Shown one piece after another: positions 8,989 to 17,437 of a stretch of 32,000 nt of DNA. The notes under the pieces are model-generated. The model was given only the letters and a program-made list of their open reading frames with translations, searched no databases and had not been told where the DNA came from. The translations under genes were made by a program, and so were the position numbers. Source of the DNA: Lyngbya sp. CCAP 1446/10 (GTDB lineage: Bacteria > Cyanobacteriota > Cyanobacteriia > Cyanobacteriales > Microcoleaceae); the NCBI RefSeq assembly GCF_026130175.1, contig NZ_JAIGNI010000057.1:1-32000 (forward strand). Direction: 5' to 3'. How positions within the stretch are numbered: position 1 is the first letter of the stretch; each line of letters starts with the position of its first letter.

Positions 8989-9744
8989 ATGTACAAATCT
9001 CGAAAAAATAATTTTAATCGATCGCTGAAAGTGAATATGAAGTTAACAAAATTGGTATCGATCGGCATTGCCCTAGTTGTAGGAGCAAGCGCGAGCATAT
9101 TATCTAGCAGCAGCAGTAGAGCATTCGGGGCAGAAAAAGTTGTCCTGACATTTGGCCCGATCGCACAAACCATCAATATCAGCGACTTAGAAGACTTTGC
9201 AAAAAACGGCACGACGACACCAACCATCAAACAAATTATCGGGTTCTCCAAAATGGACCCACAAGTGCTGCAGGGATTGATGAGTCTAGAAATCGGTTTA
9301 AAGCCAGCTATTCTGGCCCGGGTAATTTACAGCACCCCAGGCGAAAAAATTACAGACGAAATCGGTCAAGCAATTCGGACTCACCGCCGCACAGAAAGCG
9401 GCAAAGCCCTGCGGGCTGCGGTGATTCTGGCATCCGGCGACGACGGTAAACTGTCGCTGCTAGAAATCCTGAAAAAGTATCCTCTGCCGGAGGTTTACGT
9501 AGATGTTGCCAGCATTGCCGCCACGGTTGGAAAAATTCAGGGTTTAGCCGGCAATCTGAGCAGCCTGCTTCAAGATTCGATGCGCGAGACAACGAGGACA
9601 ACTGAAACTAATCGCACCGAAAGTCCGATCGCACCTCGCCGCAGCGTTGCGCCAACAACCCCCCCTCCAGCGCGTCGCCCCGCACCCGCACCCCTACCAG
9701 CACCAGCACCGCAGCCTGCGAGCCCTGTCAGAGGACTCTGGTAA
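8989..9744 (+). CDS. Secreted DUF1400-like protein with a Pro/Ala-rich C-terminal tail
   Basis: Signal-like MKLTKLVSIGIALVVGASA (alternative start 9037). AEKVVLTFGPIAQTINISDLEDFAKNG...ALRAAVILASGDDGKLSLLEILKKYP matches the cyanobacterial DUF1400 pattern as I recall it. Confidence 0.7.
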   Translation: MYKSRKNNFNRSLKVNMKLTKLVSIGIALVVGASASILSSSSSRAFGAEKVVLTFGPIAQTINISDLEDFAKNGTTTPTIKQIIGFSKMDPQVLQGLMSLEIGLKPAILARVIYSTPGEKITDEIGQAIRTHRRTESGKALRAAVILASGDDGKLSLLEILKKYPLPEVYVDVASIAATVGKIQGLAGNLSSLLQDSMRETTRTTETNRTESPIAPRRSVAPTTPPPARRPAPAPLPAPAPQPASPVRGLW

Positions 9745-9749
9745 GGAGA

Positions 9750-10760
9750 TTATATTAAACTAACCGTCTCCCTAACAGCTTCTCGCAGCCTCTCCACATC
9801 GCGCATCGGCGGTGCACCAAAGAGCCGCTTGTACTCCCGGTTGAAGTGGGAGGCATCGTCATAACCCACACGGTAGGCAGCACTGCTAGCATCGAGGTTT
9901 TCCCCCAGCATCAGACGGCGAGCCTCCTGGAGCCGCAGTTGTTTCTGGAACTGCAAGGGACTCATTGCAGTGACAGACTTGAAGTGATGGTGAAAGCCCG
10001 AGACACTCATTCCAAGCTCTCGTGCGATGCTTTCAATCCGAAGCGGCTCCTTAAAATCTTTACGAAGTCGATCGACTGCAAGAGCGATGTGATGGGTTGA
10101 GCCTCCCAGAACTGCAATCTGACGAAGCCGACCACCTTGCTCTCCCATCAGCAGTCGATAAATGATTTCCCGCTTAATCAATGGTGCGAGAACATGAGCT
10201 TCAGCAGGGGAATCGAGAAGCCTGACGAGCCGCACTACAGAGTCCAACAGATTTGCATCCAACGGACTGACATCGATCGCTTTGACATTGGCACCTCTTT
10301 GTGCTGAGGGATGCCCTGCCTCGACCATGACTGAACCGACAAAGGTAGGGTCGAGATCGAGGCGAAGGCTAAGGTACGGTTGCGCCTTGGACGCTTCAAG
10401 AATTTGACTCACAATCGGCAGTTCAACCGTCGCCAGCAGATAGTGCATCGGGTCGTACTGATAGCGATCGTTACCCAGAAGCACTTCTTTGCTGCCCTGA
10501 GCGATCGCACAAAAGGCAGGAATAGAGACACTATAAATGCACTCCGAAGGCGAAGAGGAGCGATTGAAGTGCAATCCTTTCAGCGGCTCAATCGTCCCAT
10601 CCTGACGAATTGCTTGTGCAATCCGCTCAGTCAGTTCGTCTCTATTGGCTTGCGCTCTGTCTGCCTCACGCTTTGCCTGCGGGTCGTTCCTTAAATCCCG
10701 ATCGGACGTTTCAAGTATTTTAGCAGGGTTCATTTCTAAGTTTGCAGGATTGTACAACAA
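9750..10760 (-). CDS. AraC-family transcriptional regulator (N-terminal AraC_N-type domain plus C-terminal HTH)
   Basis: C-terminus IARELGMSVSGFHHHFKSVTAMSPLQFQKQLRLQEARRLM...VGYDDASHFNREYKRLFGAPP. Divergent from the cupin gene. Confidence 0.9.
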   Translation of the reverse strand: MLYNPANLEMNPAKILETSDRDLRNDPQAKREADRAQANRDELTERIAQAIRQDGTIEPLKGLHFNRSSSPSECIYSVSIPAFCAIAQGSKEVLLGNDRYQYDPMHYLLATVELPIVSQILEASKAQPYLSLRLDLDPTFVGSVMVEAGHPSAQRGANVKAIDVSPLDANLLDSVVRLVRLLDSPAEAHVLAPLIKREIIYRLLMGEQGGRLRQIAVLGGSTHHIALAVDRLRKDFKEPLRIESIARELGMSVSGFHHHFKSVTAMSPLQFQKQLRLQEARRLMLGENLDASSAAYRVGYDDASHFNREYKRLFGAPPMRDVERLREAVRETVSLI

Positions 10761-11036
10761 TCTTAGACGATCGTTCTATGGCTTGCCCCTGAGAGTTCCT
10801 AGAATGAAGCTAAAGCAATAAAAAACGATTCCGGCTTCTTGCAAGCGTCTGGACTTTTATACAAGAGAAAACTCAGTCTTGATTGGGCCAGAGATTCGCC
10901 TACTGACAACCAAAAGGACATCAAGGCTAACCCTGCTGCTTAAAAAATCCATCCCTACCGATAGAGCAGGTGTTAAGTGCTCAATCTCTAAGATTGGGCT
11001 GCAACCAAAATGGCATCAATTGAAGGAATTAACCAA

Positions 11037-11438
11037 ATGAACATCCAAAGAAGTGGCTCACAGCCTTCTGCCAAAGGGCCGGCCGATTATTTTACCGGCA
11101 CTGTCCGCATTGACCCCCTATTCGAGGCACACGATCCGGCACGCACGTCTGGCGCCAGTGTCACCTTCGAACCCGGCGCTCGAACAGCATGGCACACCCA
11201 CCCGTTGGGCCAGACGCTAATTGTGACGGCTGGCTGCGGTTTCGTACAGCTCTGGGGTGAGCCAATTCAGGACATCAGACCCGGTGATGTTGTCCAGATT
11301 TTGCCCGGTGAGAAACATTGGCACGGTGCCACAGCAACCACAGCTATGACGCACATTGCTATTCAGGAATGGCTCGACGGCAAGCCTGTGGACTGGATGG
11401 AACAGGTCAGCGACGAGCAGTATCAAGGAAAATCTTGA
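11037..11438 (+). CDS. Cupin-domain protein
   Basis: [21 protein letters not shown]...[17 protein letters not shown]...PGEKHWHGA (cupin metal-site pattern G(X)5HxH...H). The start at 11037 has gaagga 9 nt upstream. The tracked start is 11010. Confidence 0.85.
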   Translation: MNIQRSGSQPSAKGPADYFTGTVRIDPLFEAHDPARTSGASVTFEPGARTAWHTHPLGQTLIVTAGCGFVQLWGEPIQDIRPGDVVQILPGEKHWHGATATTAMTHIAIQEWLDGKPVDWMEQVSDEQYQGKS

Positions 11439-11639
11439 GGCTTTTGAGATGGTTTCCTATCAAGGGGAAAAACTGTCAGAAGAGAATGCTGATTTTGGTT
11501 TTCGCCCTAGCGATGTCCCTGAGTTACTCAGCCTGCCGTGCCGACAAAAGTGTGCCGAGCAGTGCCTCGTCGAAGATGCCGACTGAAATATCAATCAAGC
11601 AGGCATACAGTGTCAGTAACTCAGGTCTAAAGACACTGA

Positions 11640-11853
11640 GCTTGCAAGAGTAATCCAGCAAGCTATGCTGACCAGCCTAAGTCTTCACTGACTACGTTTT
11701 TCGAGTCACGACACCCCGGAATGCGAAGCTAGTTCCTTGCTCTGTCATCTGCAATTAAACAGTTTTAAAGTCACTGAAACAGTGTTGCAGGTCTAAAAAG
11801 CTCTTAAAACATTGGCGAAGCTCACATAACCTAAGCAATTAGAGAAGGCAGAA
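11640..11853 (+). ncRNA. Putative IscB omega-RNA (HEARO-class) scaffold; ends uncertain
   Basis: Non-coding leader directly 5' of iscB, which is where omega-RNAs of IscB loci are encoded. Stems seen: agcttgc/gcaagct (11639-45/11658-64), ctgcaa/ttgcag (11749-54/11785-90) enclosing cactg-aaa-cagtg (11772-84). No covariance model was run. Confidence 0.35.
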
Positions 11854-13125
11854 ATGTCAAATTACACATTCGTCATTGATTCAAGCAAACAGCCGTTAAG
11901 TCCATGCCATCCCTCGGTAGCAAGGAAATTACTAGCGTCGGGTCTTGCTGCGGTATTCCGCAGGTATCCATTTACGATCATTCTAAAAAAGGAGATAATC
12001 ACCACACCCCAACCCATTGAAATCAAAATAGACCCAGGCTCTAAAACAACTGGGATAGCCTTAGTTCAAGGGAACAAAGTTATCTTTGGTGCTGAACTAA
12101 CTCATCGTGGTCAAGCTATTAAAGCAAGTCTTGAGTCTCGTAGAGCGTTGCGTCGAGGCAGAAGAAATCGCCATACTCGCTACCGCAGGGCTAGGTTCCT
12201 AAATCGGACTAAACCAAAGGGTTGGTTGGCTCCATCACTAACACATCGGGTACTGACGACACTGACTTGGGTAAATAAGTTTATTCGGCTAGCTCCAGTC
12301 AGTTCGATTTCTCAGGAGCTTGTGAGATTTGACTTGCAGCAAATAGAGAATCCTGAAATATCAGGCATTGAGTACCAGCAAGGCACTCTTTCTGGCTACG
12401 AAGTGCGTGAGTATTTACTTGAGAAATGGGACAGGAAGTGCGCTTACTGCCCGGTGGAAAATATTTCCTTGCAGATAGAACATATTCATCCTCAATCAAA
12501 AGGTGGCTCTAATCGTATCTCCAATCTATGCCTAGCCTGTGAACATTGCAACCTCAAGAAAGGTGCTCAAGATATCAATGTTTTCTTAGCTAAGAAACCT
12601 GATGTTTTGAAAAAGGTACTTGCCCAAGCAAAGCGTTCATTAAAAGACGCAGCAGCGGTCAATTCTACTCGTTGGGCATTGTTCAATGCTCTTAAAACTA
12701 CTGGGCTGACCGTTACTACTGGTTCAGGAGGTAGAACCAAATTCAATCGAACTCGCCTCAATCTTCCTAAGACTCATTGGCTAGACGCTGCTTGTGTCGG
12801 CGAAGTAGAAACATTAAAAGTCCTAACCAAAAAACCTTTGCTCATCAAGGCAACTGGTCATGGCTCCAGGCAACTGTGCAGAACTGATAAATTTGGTTTC
12901 CCGTCCCGATATGTCTGCCGGTTCAAATTTGTCAAAGGCTTCCAAACTGGCGACATCGTGAAAGCGATTGTAACCAGTGGAAAGAAAATCGGAACCTATG
13001 TCGGGCGAGTCGCTGTTCGCTCTACTGGCAGTTTCAATATTTCTGCGTCAACATTAGTCCAAGGTATTAGTCACAAATATTGTTCAGCAATTCATAAAAA
13101 GGATGGTTATGCTTACTCAAATTAA
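11854..13125 (+). CDS. iscB: IscB RNA-guided endonuclease (PLMP, split RuvC, bridge helix, HNH, TI-like C-terminus)
   Basis: KQPLSPCHPSVARKLL..YPFTIIL (PLMP-type). IKIDPGSKTTGIALV (RuvC-I). RRALRRGRRNRHTRYRRARFLNR (RRXRR/bridge helix). GWLAPSL. SQELVRFD (RuvC-II). CAYC..EHIHPQSKGGSNRISNLCLACEHCNLKKG (HNH). THWLDAACVG (RuvC-III). 423 aa. Confidence 0.9.
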   Translation: MSNYTFVIDSSKQPLSPCHPSVARKLLASGLAAVFRRYPFTIILKKEIITTPQPIEIKIDPGSKTTGIALVQGNKVIFGAELTHRGQAIKASLESRRALRRGRRNRHTRYRRARFLNRTKPKGWLAPSLTHRVLTTLTWVNKFIRLAPVSSISQELVRFDLQQIENPEISGIEYQQGTLSGYEVREYLLEKWDRKCAYCPVENISLQIEHIHPQSKGGSNRISNLCLACEHCNLKKGAQDINVFLAKKPDVLKKVLAQAKRSLKDAAAVNSTRWALFNALKTTGLTVTTGSGGRTKFNRTRLNLPKTHWLDAACVGEVETLKVLTKKPLLIKATGHGSRQLCRTDKFGFPSRYVCRFKFVKGFQTGDIVKAIVTSGKKIGTYVGRVAVRSTGSFNISASTLVQGISHKYCSAIHKKDGYAYSN

Positions 13126-13209
13126 GCTAGATTCAATGCGATTGAAATCGCCGAGCCGCTTCCCTCTCAGGACTAAAGTCGCTGAGTTTCCCACTTACCG
13201 AGTTTTCCT

Positions 13210-13566
13210 ATGAAGCTAAACATCAAGGTCAAAGACAAAGTTGTTACAGCCACTTTGATCGACAGCAAAACCACTCATGATTTTATTTCCCTGCTGCCAT
13301 TAACGCTGACTTTAGAAGATTACGCGAGAACCGAAAAAATCAGCGATTTGCCAAAAAGATTATCTACAGAAGATGCACCCGCAGGCAGCGATCCTGCTGT
13401 TGGAGATATTGCTTATTACGCTCCCTGGGGAAATTTGGCGATGTATTACAGCGATTCTGGATACGCAAACGGACTCGTTATCCTCGGAAAAATAGATGGT
13501 GGCATCGAGGCATTTAATGTGCCTAGCTCTGTAGAAGTGACAATCGAGCTTGTTCAATCGCCATAA
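13210..13566 (+). CDS. Cyclophilin-like fold protein
   Basis: 118 aa. TATLIDSKTTHDFISLLPLTLTLEDYARTEKISDLPKRLSTEDAPAG..PAVGDIAYYAPWGNLAMYY matches the family pattern as recalled. Confidence 0.75.
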   Translation: MKLNIKVKDKVVTATLIDSKTTHDFISLLPLTLTLEDYARTEKISDLPKRLSTEDAPAGSDPAVGDIAYYAPWGNLAMYYSDSGYANGLVILGKIDGGIEAFNVPSSVEVTIELVQSP

Positions 13567-13641
13567 AAAGGGCGATCGGCAGATCACCCTCTTTATTGCG
13601 ATGGGTCATGAAACTCAGAACAGAATTGAAGGAGAAAAATA

Positions 13642-14418
13642 ATGACGACGAACGAGAAGGGAAAGTACACAGGAAAAGTTGCGTTTGTGACCGGAGGAGC
13701 CAACGGCATCGGTCGAGCTACGGCGCTGGCGTTTGCTCGTGAAGGCGCTCATGTAGTGGTCGCTGACATTGCAGAACCAGGCAATCAAGAAACGGCCCAC
13801 ATGATTGAGGAACTCGGCGGGCAGGCGATCGCCGTTAGGTGCGACGTGACGCAGGCCGAGGACGTGAAGGCGGCCCTAGCCAAGACCGTTGAGGCTTTTG
13901 GGCGGCTGGACTTCGCCTTCAACAACGCAGGCATCGAGCCGAGGAAGCCAGCTCCGACTGCGGAGTACGAGGAGGAGGAGTGGAACCGGATCGTAGACAC
14001 CAACCTCCGGGGTGTTTTCCTGTGCATGAAGCACGAGATTCCGCTGATCCTCAAGCAGGGAGGTGGCGCGATCGTCAACACCTCATCGGGCGCAGGAATC
14101 ATCGGCATCAAGGGCAGCCCCGCGTACACCGCCGCGAAGCACGGCGTGATCGGACTGACCAAGGCGGCGGCCCTCGACTACGCCGCGCAGAACATCCGCG
14201 TCAACGCCGTCTGTCCTGGCTACATAGACACCCCGATGATGGGTCGCTTCACCGGCGGCACTGCCGAAGGGCGCGCGAAGGTGATTGCGGAGGAGCCGAT
14301 CGGACGGATGGGCAAGCCGGAGGAGATCGCCGCGGCCGTTCTCTGGCTGTGTTCGGATGGAGCTGCCTTCGTCATTGGACACGCTATGGTCATCGACGGC
14401 GGCCAAACGGTGCAGTGA
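13642..14418 (+). CDS. SDR-family oxidoreductase
   Basis: [18 protein letters not shown]. Very GC-rich. Confidence 0.9.
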   Translation: MTTNEKGKYTGKVAFVTGGANGIGRATALAFAREGAHVVVADIAEPGNQETAHMIEELGGQAIAVRCDVTQAEDVKAALAKTVEAFGRLDFAFNNAGIEPRKPAPTAEYEEEEWNRIVDTNLRGVFLCMKHEIPLILKQGGGAIVNTSSGAGIIGIKGSPAYTAAKHGVIGLTKAAALDYAAQNIRVNAVCPGYIDTPMMGRFTGGTAEGRAKVIAEEPIGRMGKPEEIAAAVLWLCSDGAAFVIGHAMVIDGGQTVQ

Positions 14419-14556
14419 TGTTCGGGGCGATCGTCTATGAGCCAGCCGGAGGAGATGGACGTGAACGAGATTCTGTTCCGACCCACGCGCCAAGTGCTGT
14501 AAAATTCCCCTGCCTTAGTACAGTTCCAGAAGTAAACAAATTAGGAGCATCAATTC

Positions 14557-15618
14557 ATGTACAACACAAAAGCTTATTCCGCAGCCAGTGCAACATCACC
14601 GCTGTCCTCTACCACGATCGCGCGGCGCGATCCAACCGAACACGACGTGCAGATTGAAATCCTCTTCTGCGGCGTCTGCCACTCCGATGTCCATTCCGTC
14701 CGCAACGAGTGGAGCAGCATCATGCCCACGGTCTATCCGATCGTCCCTGGTCACGAGATGGTCGGTCGCGTCACCAAAGTCGGCTCGGCAGTTAGCAAGT
14801 ATAAACCCGGCGATCTCGCAGCGGTCGGCTGTATGGTCGATTCGGATGGAACCTGCCCCCAGTGTAAAGCTGGCTTTGAGCAGTTCTGCCCTTCCCTGAC
14901 CCTCACCTACAACTCCCCGGACAAGCACAAGACCGCTCCTGTCACCTACGGCGGCTATTCCAACAGCATCGTCGTCGATGAAAGCTTCGTTCTGCGCGTC
15001 CCCGACCACCTCGATCTCGCCGGAGTTGCACCGCTTCTCTGCGCCGGGATTACAACCTATTCTCCCCTGCGCCACTGGGGCGTAACGAAGGGCAAGAAGG
15101 TGGGCGTGGTCGGTCTCGGCGGGCTGGGCCACATGGGTGTGAAGTTCGCTCATGCGTTCGGAGCCCATGTCGTCGTCTTCACTACTTCGCCCAACAAGAA
15201 GGAAGACGCACTCCGCCTCGGTGCCGATGAAGTCGTCGTCTCCCGCAACACCGACGAAATGCAGAAGCACGCTGGCAGCTTCGATTTCATCCTCGATACC
15301 GTATCCGCCAACCACGATATCAACGCCTATCTCAACCTGCTCACCCGCGACGGCAACATCACCCTTGTCGGCGCACCTGAGAACCCCCTAGATGTCTCGG
15401 CATTCAGCCTCATTATGGGCCGCCGCAGTCTCTCCGGCTCTAACATCGGCGGCATCGAGGAAACCCAGGAGATGCTCGACTTTTGTGGCAAGCACAACAT
15501 CACTGCGGATGTCGAAGTCATCCCCATCCAGAAGGTCAACGAAGCCTACGAGCGACTGCTCAAGTCCGATGTGAAGTACCGCTTCTGTATCGATATGGCA
15601 TCCCTTAAATCTGAATAA
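14557..15618 (+). CDS. Zn-dependent NAD(P)-alcohol dehydrogenase (cinnamyl-ADH/YahK-like)
   Basis: GVCHSDVH, GHEMVGRV, structural-Zn Cys cluster C..C..C, GVVGLGGLGH Rossmann motif. aggag lies 8 nt upstream of the ATG. Confidence 0.9.
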   Translation: MYNTKAYSAASATSPLSSTTIARRDPTEHDVQIEILFCGVCHSDVHSVRNEWSSIMPTVYPIVPGHEMVGRVTKVGSAVSKYKPGDLAAVGCMVDSDGTCPQCKAGFEQFCPSLTLTYNSPDKHKTAPVTYGGYSNSIVVDESFVLRVPDHLDLAGVAPLLCAGITTYSPLRHWGVTKGKKVGVVGLGGLGHMGVKFAHAFGAHVVVFTTSPNKKEDALRLGADEVVVSRNTDEMQKHAGSFDFILDTVSANHDINAYLNLLTRDGNITLVGAPENPLDVSAFSLIMGRRSLSGSNIGGIEETQEMLDFCGKHNITADVEVIPIQKVNEAYERLLKSDVKYRFCIDMASLKSE

Positions 15619-15694
15619 CTGCGGTGAAACCTCGGCTGATTGGCAAGTCTGTTAGGCGGAACTCAGTAGTGACTCAACAAAAAGAGGAATTAAG

Positions 15695-16438
15695 ATGATT
15701 AAAGACAAAGTTGTGATTATTACCGGCGCATCATCAGGGATTGGTGAAGCAAGTGCGAAATTGCTTGCAAGCAGAGGCGCTAAAGTCTTACTAGGCGCGC
15801 GACGCGAGGACAAACTAAGACAACTGGTTGATGAAATTCGGAAAGCTGGCGGACAAGCAGTCTATCAAGTGATGGATGTAGTTAACCCATCTGATAACGC
15901 TGCGATCGTCAACCTTGCCAAGGAAACATTTGGAAGCCTCGATGTTATTTTCTTGAACGCTGGCATCATGCCAACTTCTCCACTTTCTGCATTGAAAACT
16001 GATGAATGGAATCAAACGGTTGATATCAATATCAAGGGTGTACTCAATGGTATCGCTGCTGTGTTGCCAACATTTGTTAGCCAAAAGTCTGGGCATATTA
16101 TCGCAACTTCATCGGTTGCTGGATTAAAAGCCTATCCAGGTGGTGCGATCTATGGTGGAACGAAATGGTTTGTACGCGATTTCATGGAAGTTCTACGCAT
16201 GGAGTCTGCTCAAGAGGGGACTAACATTCGGACTGCGACAATTTACCCTGCTGCAATTAATACTGAGTTGTTAGATCAGATTACCGACCAAGATGCGGCT
16301 GAAAAAATGACAGCTTTGTATAAGAAATATGGCATCTCACCAGATCGAGTAGCCAATGTTGTGGCGTTTGCGATTGACCAGCCAGAAGACACAAATGTGA
16401 ACGAATTTACGATTGGCCCAACCGCGCAGCCTTGGTAA
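15695..16438 (+). CDS. SDR-family oxidoreductase
   Basis: TGASSGIG, NAG, S..YGGTK. Lower GC than the two preceding genes. Confidence 0.9.
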   Translation: MIKDKVVIITGASSGIGEASAKLLASRGAKVLLGARREDKLRQLVDEIRKAGGQAVYQVMDVVNPSDNAAIVNLAKETFGSLDVIFLNAGIMPTSPLSALKTDEWNQTVDINIKGVLNGIAAVLPTFVSQKSGHIIATSSVAGLKAYPGGAIYGGTKWFVRDFMEVLRMESAQEGTNIRTATIYPAAINTELLDQITDQDAAEKMTALYKKYGISPDRVANVVAFAIDQPEDTNVNEFTIGPTAQPW

Positions 16439-16489
16439 GGATTGTGTTGGCAGTTAGATTGAGTGCGATCGCATCTCGAAGGAGTAATT

Positions 16490-16540
16490 ATGCAGAAGCG
16501 CAAACTTGACAACAGTAACCAGTGTTCGCAGAGGAGGTAA
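16490..16540 (+). pseudogene. 16-codon uORF that is a relic of an aldo/keto-reductase 5' end
   Basis: MQKRKLDNSNQCSQRR*. The first 31 nt match the AKR fragment start at 17255 at 25/31 positions (MQKRKLDNSN vs MQTRKLGNSN). ggag lies 5 nt upstream of its ATG. Its TAA (16538-40) lies 2 nt before the GTG of the next gene. Confidence 0.35.
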
Positions 16541-16542
16541 GT

Positions 16543-17187
16543 GTGGATACCACCCGCTTGGAGGCATTTAGCGACGGCGTATTCGCGATCGCCATCACCC
16601 TCCTGGTCCTCGAAATCAAAGTGCCGCCACCCAATACGGCACTTGGAGCAGAACTTCTCCAACTCTGGCCATCCTATCTCGCCTACGTGGTCAGCTTTCT
16701 GGTGATCGGCGCAATCTGGATCAACCACCACGCTATGTTCCAACACATCGTCCGCGTGGATGGGACGCTGTTGCTGCTGAACGTCCTCCATCTGATGCTG
16801 ATCGCATTTCTGCCGTTTCCAACCGCGGTACTCGCCGAAGCATTTCACCGGGCAACGGACGAGCCAATTGCCGCTGCGTTCTACAGTGGGATCTTGACCG
16901 TCATTGGTATCTTCGTCACCGCTATGTGGCGGTACGCGGCTCACGGGCATAGGCTGCTCGACCCCCGTCTCACGGCGAAAAAGGCACGGCAGATCGGACG
17001 GCAGTTCCTGATCGGGCCGATCGTTTACGCGATCGCCACTGTAGTTGCGCTGGTCGCGCCCTGGCTGGCGGTGCTGCTCTTCATCTTTCTCAACCTCTTC
17101 TATCTCTGGCCTCGCTGGGGTCACAGGAGTACCCTATCCCACACCGGCGACTCCGCTATGAACAGCGATCGCAGCGAAGACGAGTGA
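16543..17187 (+). CDS. TMEM175/DUF1211-family (K+ channel-like) membrane protein
   Basis: Signature RLEAFSDGVFAIAITLLVLEI plus 5-6 further TM segments. GTG at 16543 is preferred because gaggagg lies 5 nt upstream. The tracked start is 16522. Confidence 0.85.
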   Translation: MDTTRLEAFSDGVFAIAITLLVLEIKVPPPNTALGAELLQLWPSYLAYVVSFLVIGAIWINHHAMFQHIVRVDGTLLLLNVLHLMLIAFLPFPTAVLAEAFHRATDEPIAAAFYSGILTVIGIFVTAMWRYAAHGHRLLDPRLTAKKARQIGRQFLIGPIVYAIATVVALVAPWLAVLLFIFLNLFYLWPRWGHRSTLSHTGDSAMNSDRSEDE

Positions 17188-17254
17188 CAACGGCGGGAGC
17201 GATCGATGGCGAAAAATATCAGTTCCATATCATTCCAGATCAAGAAGCAAAACA

Positions 17255-17437
17255 ATGCAAACGCGCAAACTTGGAAACAGCAACTTAGAAGTTTCGGCGA
17301 TCGGGCTTGGCTGCATGGGAATGAGCTTTTCTGATGGCCCGCCCAAAGACACGCAGGAGATGACCGCTCTTCTGGGAGCCGTCGTCGATCGCGATCGGCA
17401 TTCATCAGAAAATTGGGTAGAAACCCCGTCCTTTTAG
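17255..17437 (+). pseudogene. Aldo/keto reductase N-terminal fragment (truncated after ~45 codons)
   Basis: MQTRKLGNSNLEVSAIGLGCMGMSF...EMTALLGAVVDR is a typical AKR N-terminus. The family-like sequence stops near 17390, and no remainder of the gene is seen downstream. Confidence 0.7.

Noticed and set aside
8883-9251. 122-aa minus-strand ORF overlapping the 5' end of the DUF1400 gene, and the 102-aa + strand ORF at 8535-8843 overlapping the membrane-protein gene
   Set aside because: Each lies antisense to a better-supported gene and has no motifs. The divergent promoter region does contain short direct repeats (gaaggcactt at 8773 and 8795; gtagaat x2), but they are too short to interpret.
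11486-11653. 55-codon ORF with a lipoprotein-like signal (MLILVFALAMSLSYSAC...) between the cupin gene and iscB; also tracked ORFs 11318-11653 and 11356-11586
   Set aside because: The RBS is weak. Both arms of the 11-bp inverted repeat fall inside it, which favours an RNA or element-end role. It could be the stump of a gene disrupted by the IscB element, but I cannot distinguish that from chance, so I did not call it.
13980-17124. Long out-of-frame or antisense ORFs (225 aa at 13980-14657; 239 aa at 14596-15315 on the - strand; 282 aa at 16276-17124 on the - strand; several of 60-140 aa)
   Set aside because: They overlap genes with clear family motifs (SDR, Zn-ADH, TMEM175-like). Their translations are Arg/Pro/Gly-rich low-complexity sequence of the kind seen in shadow ORFs of GC-rich DNA, and they carry no motifs.
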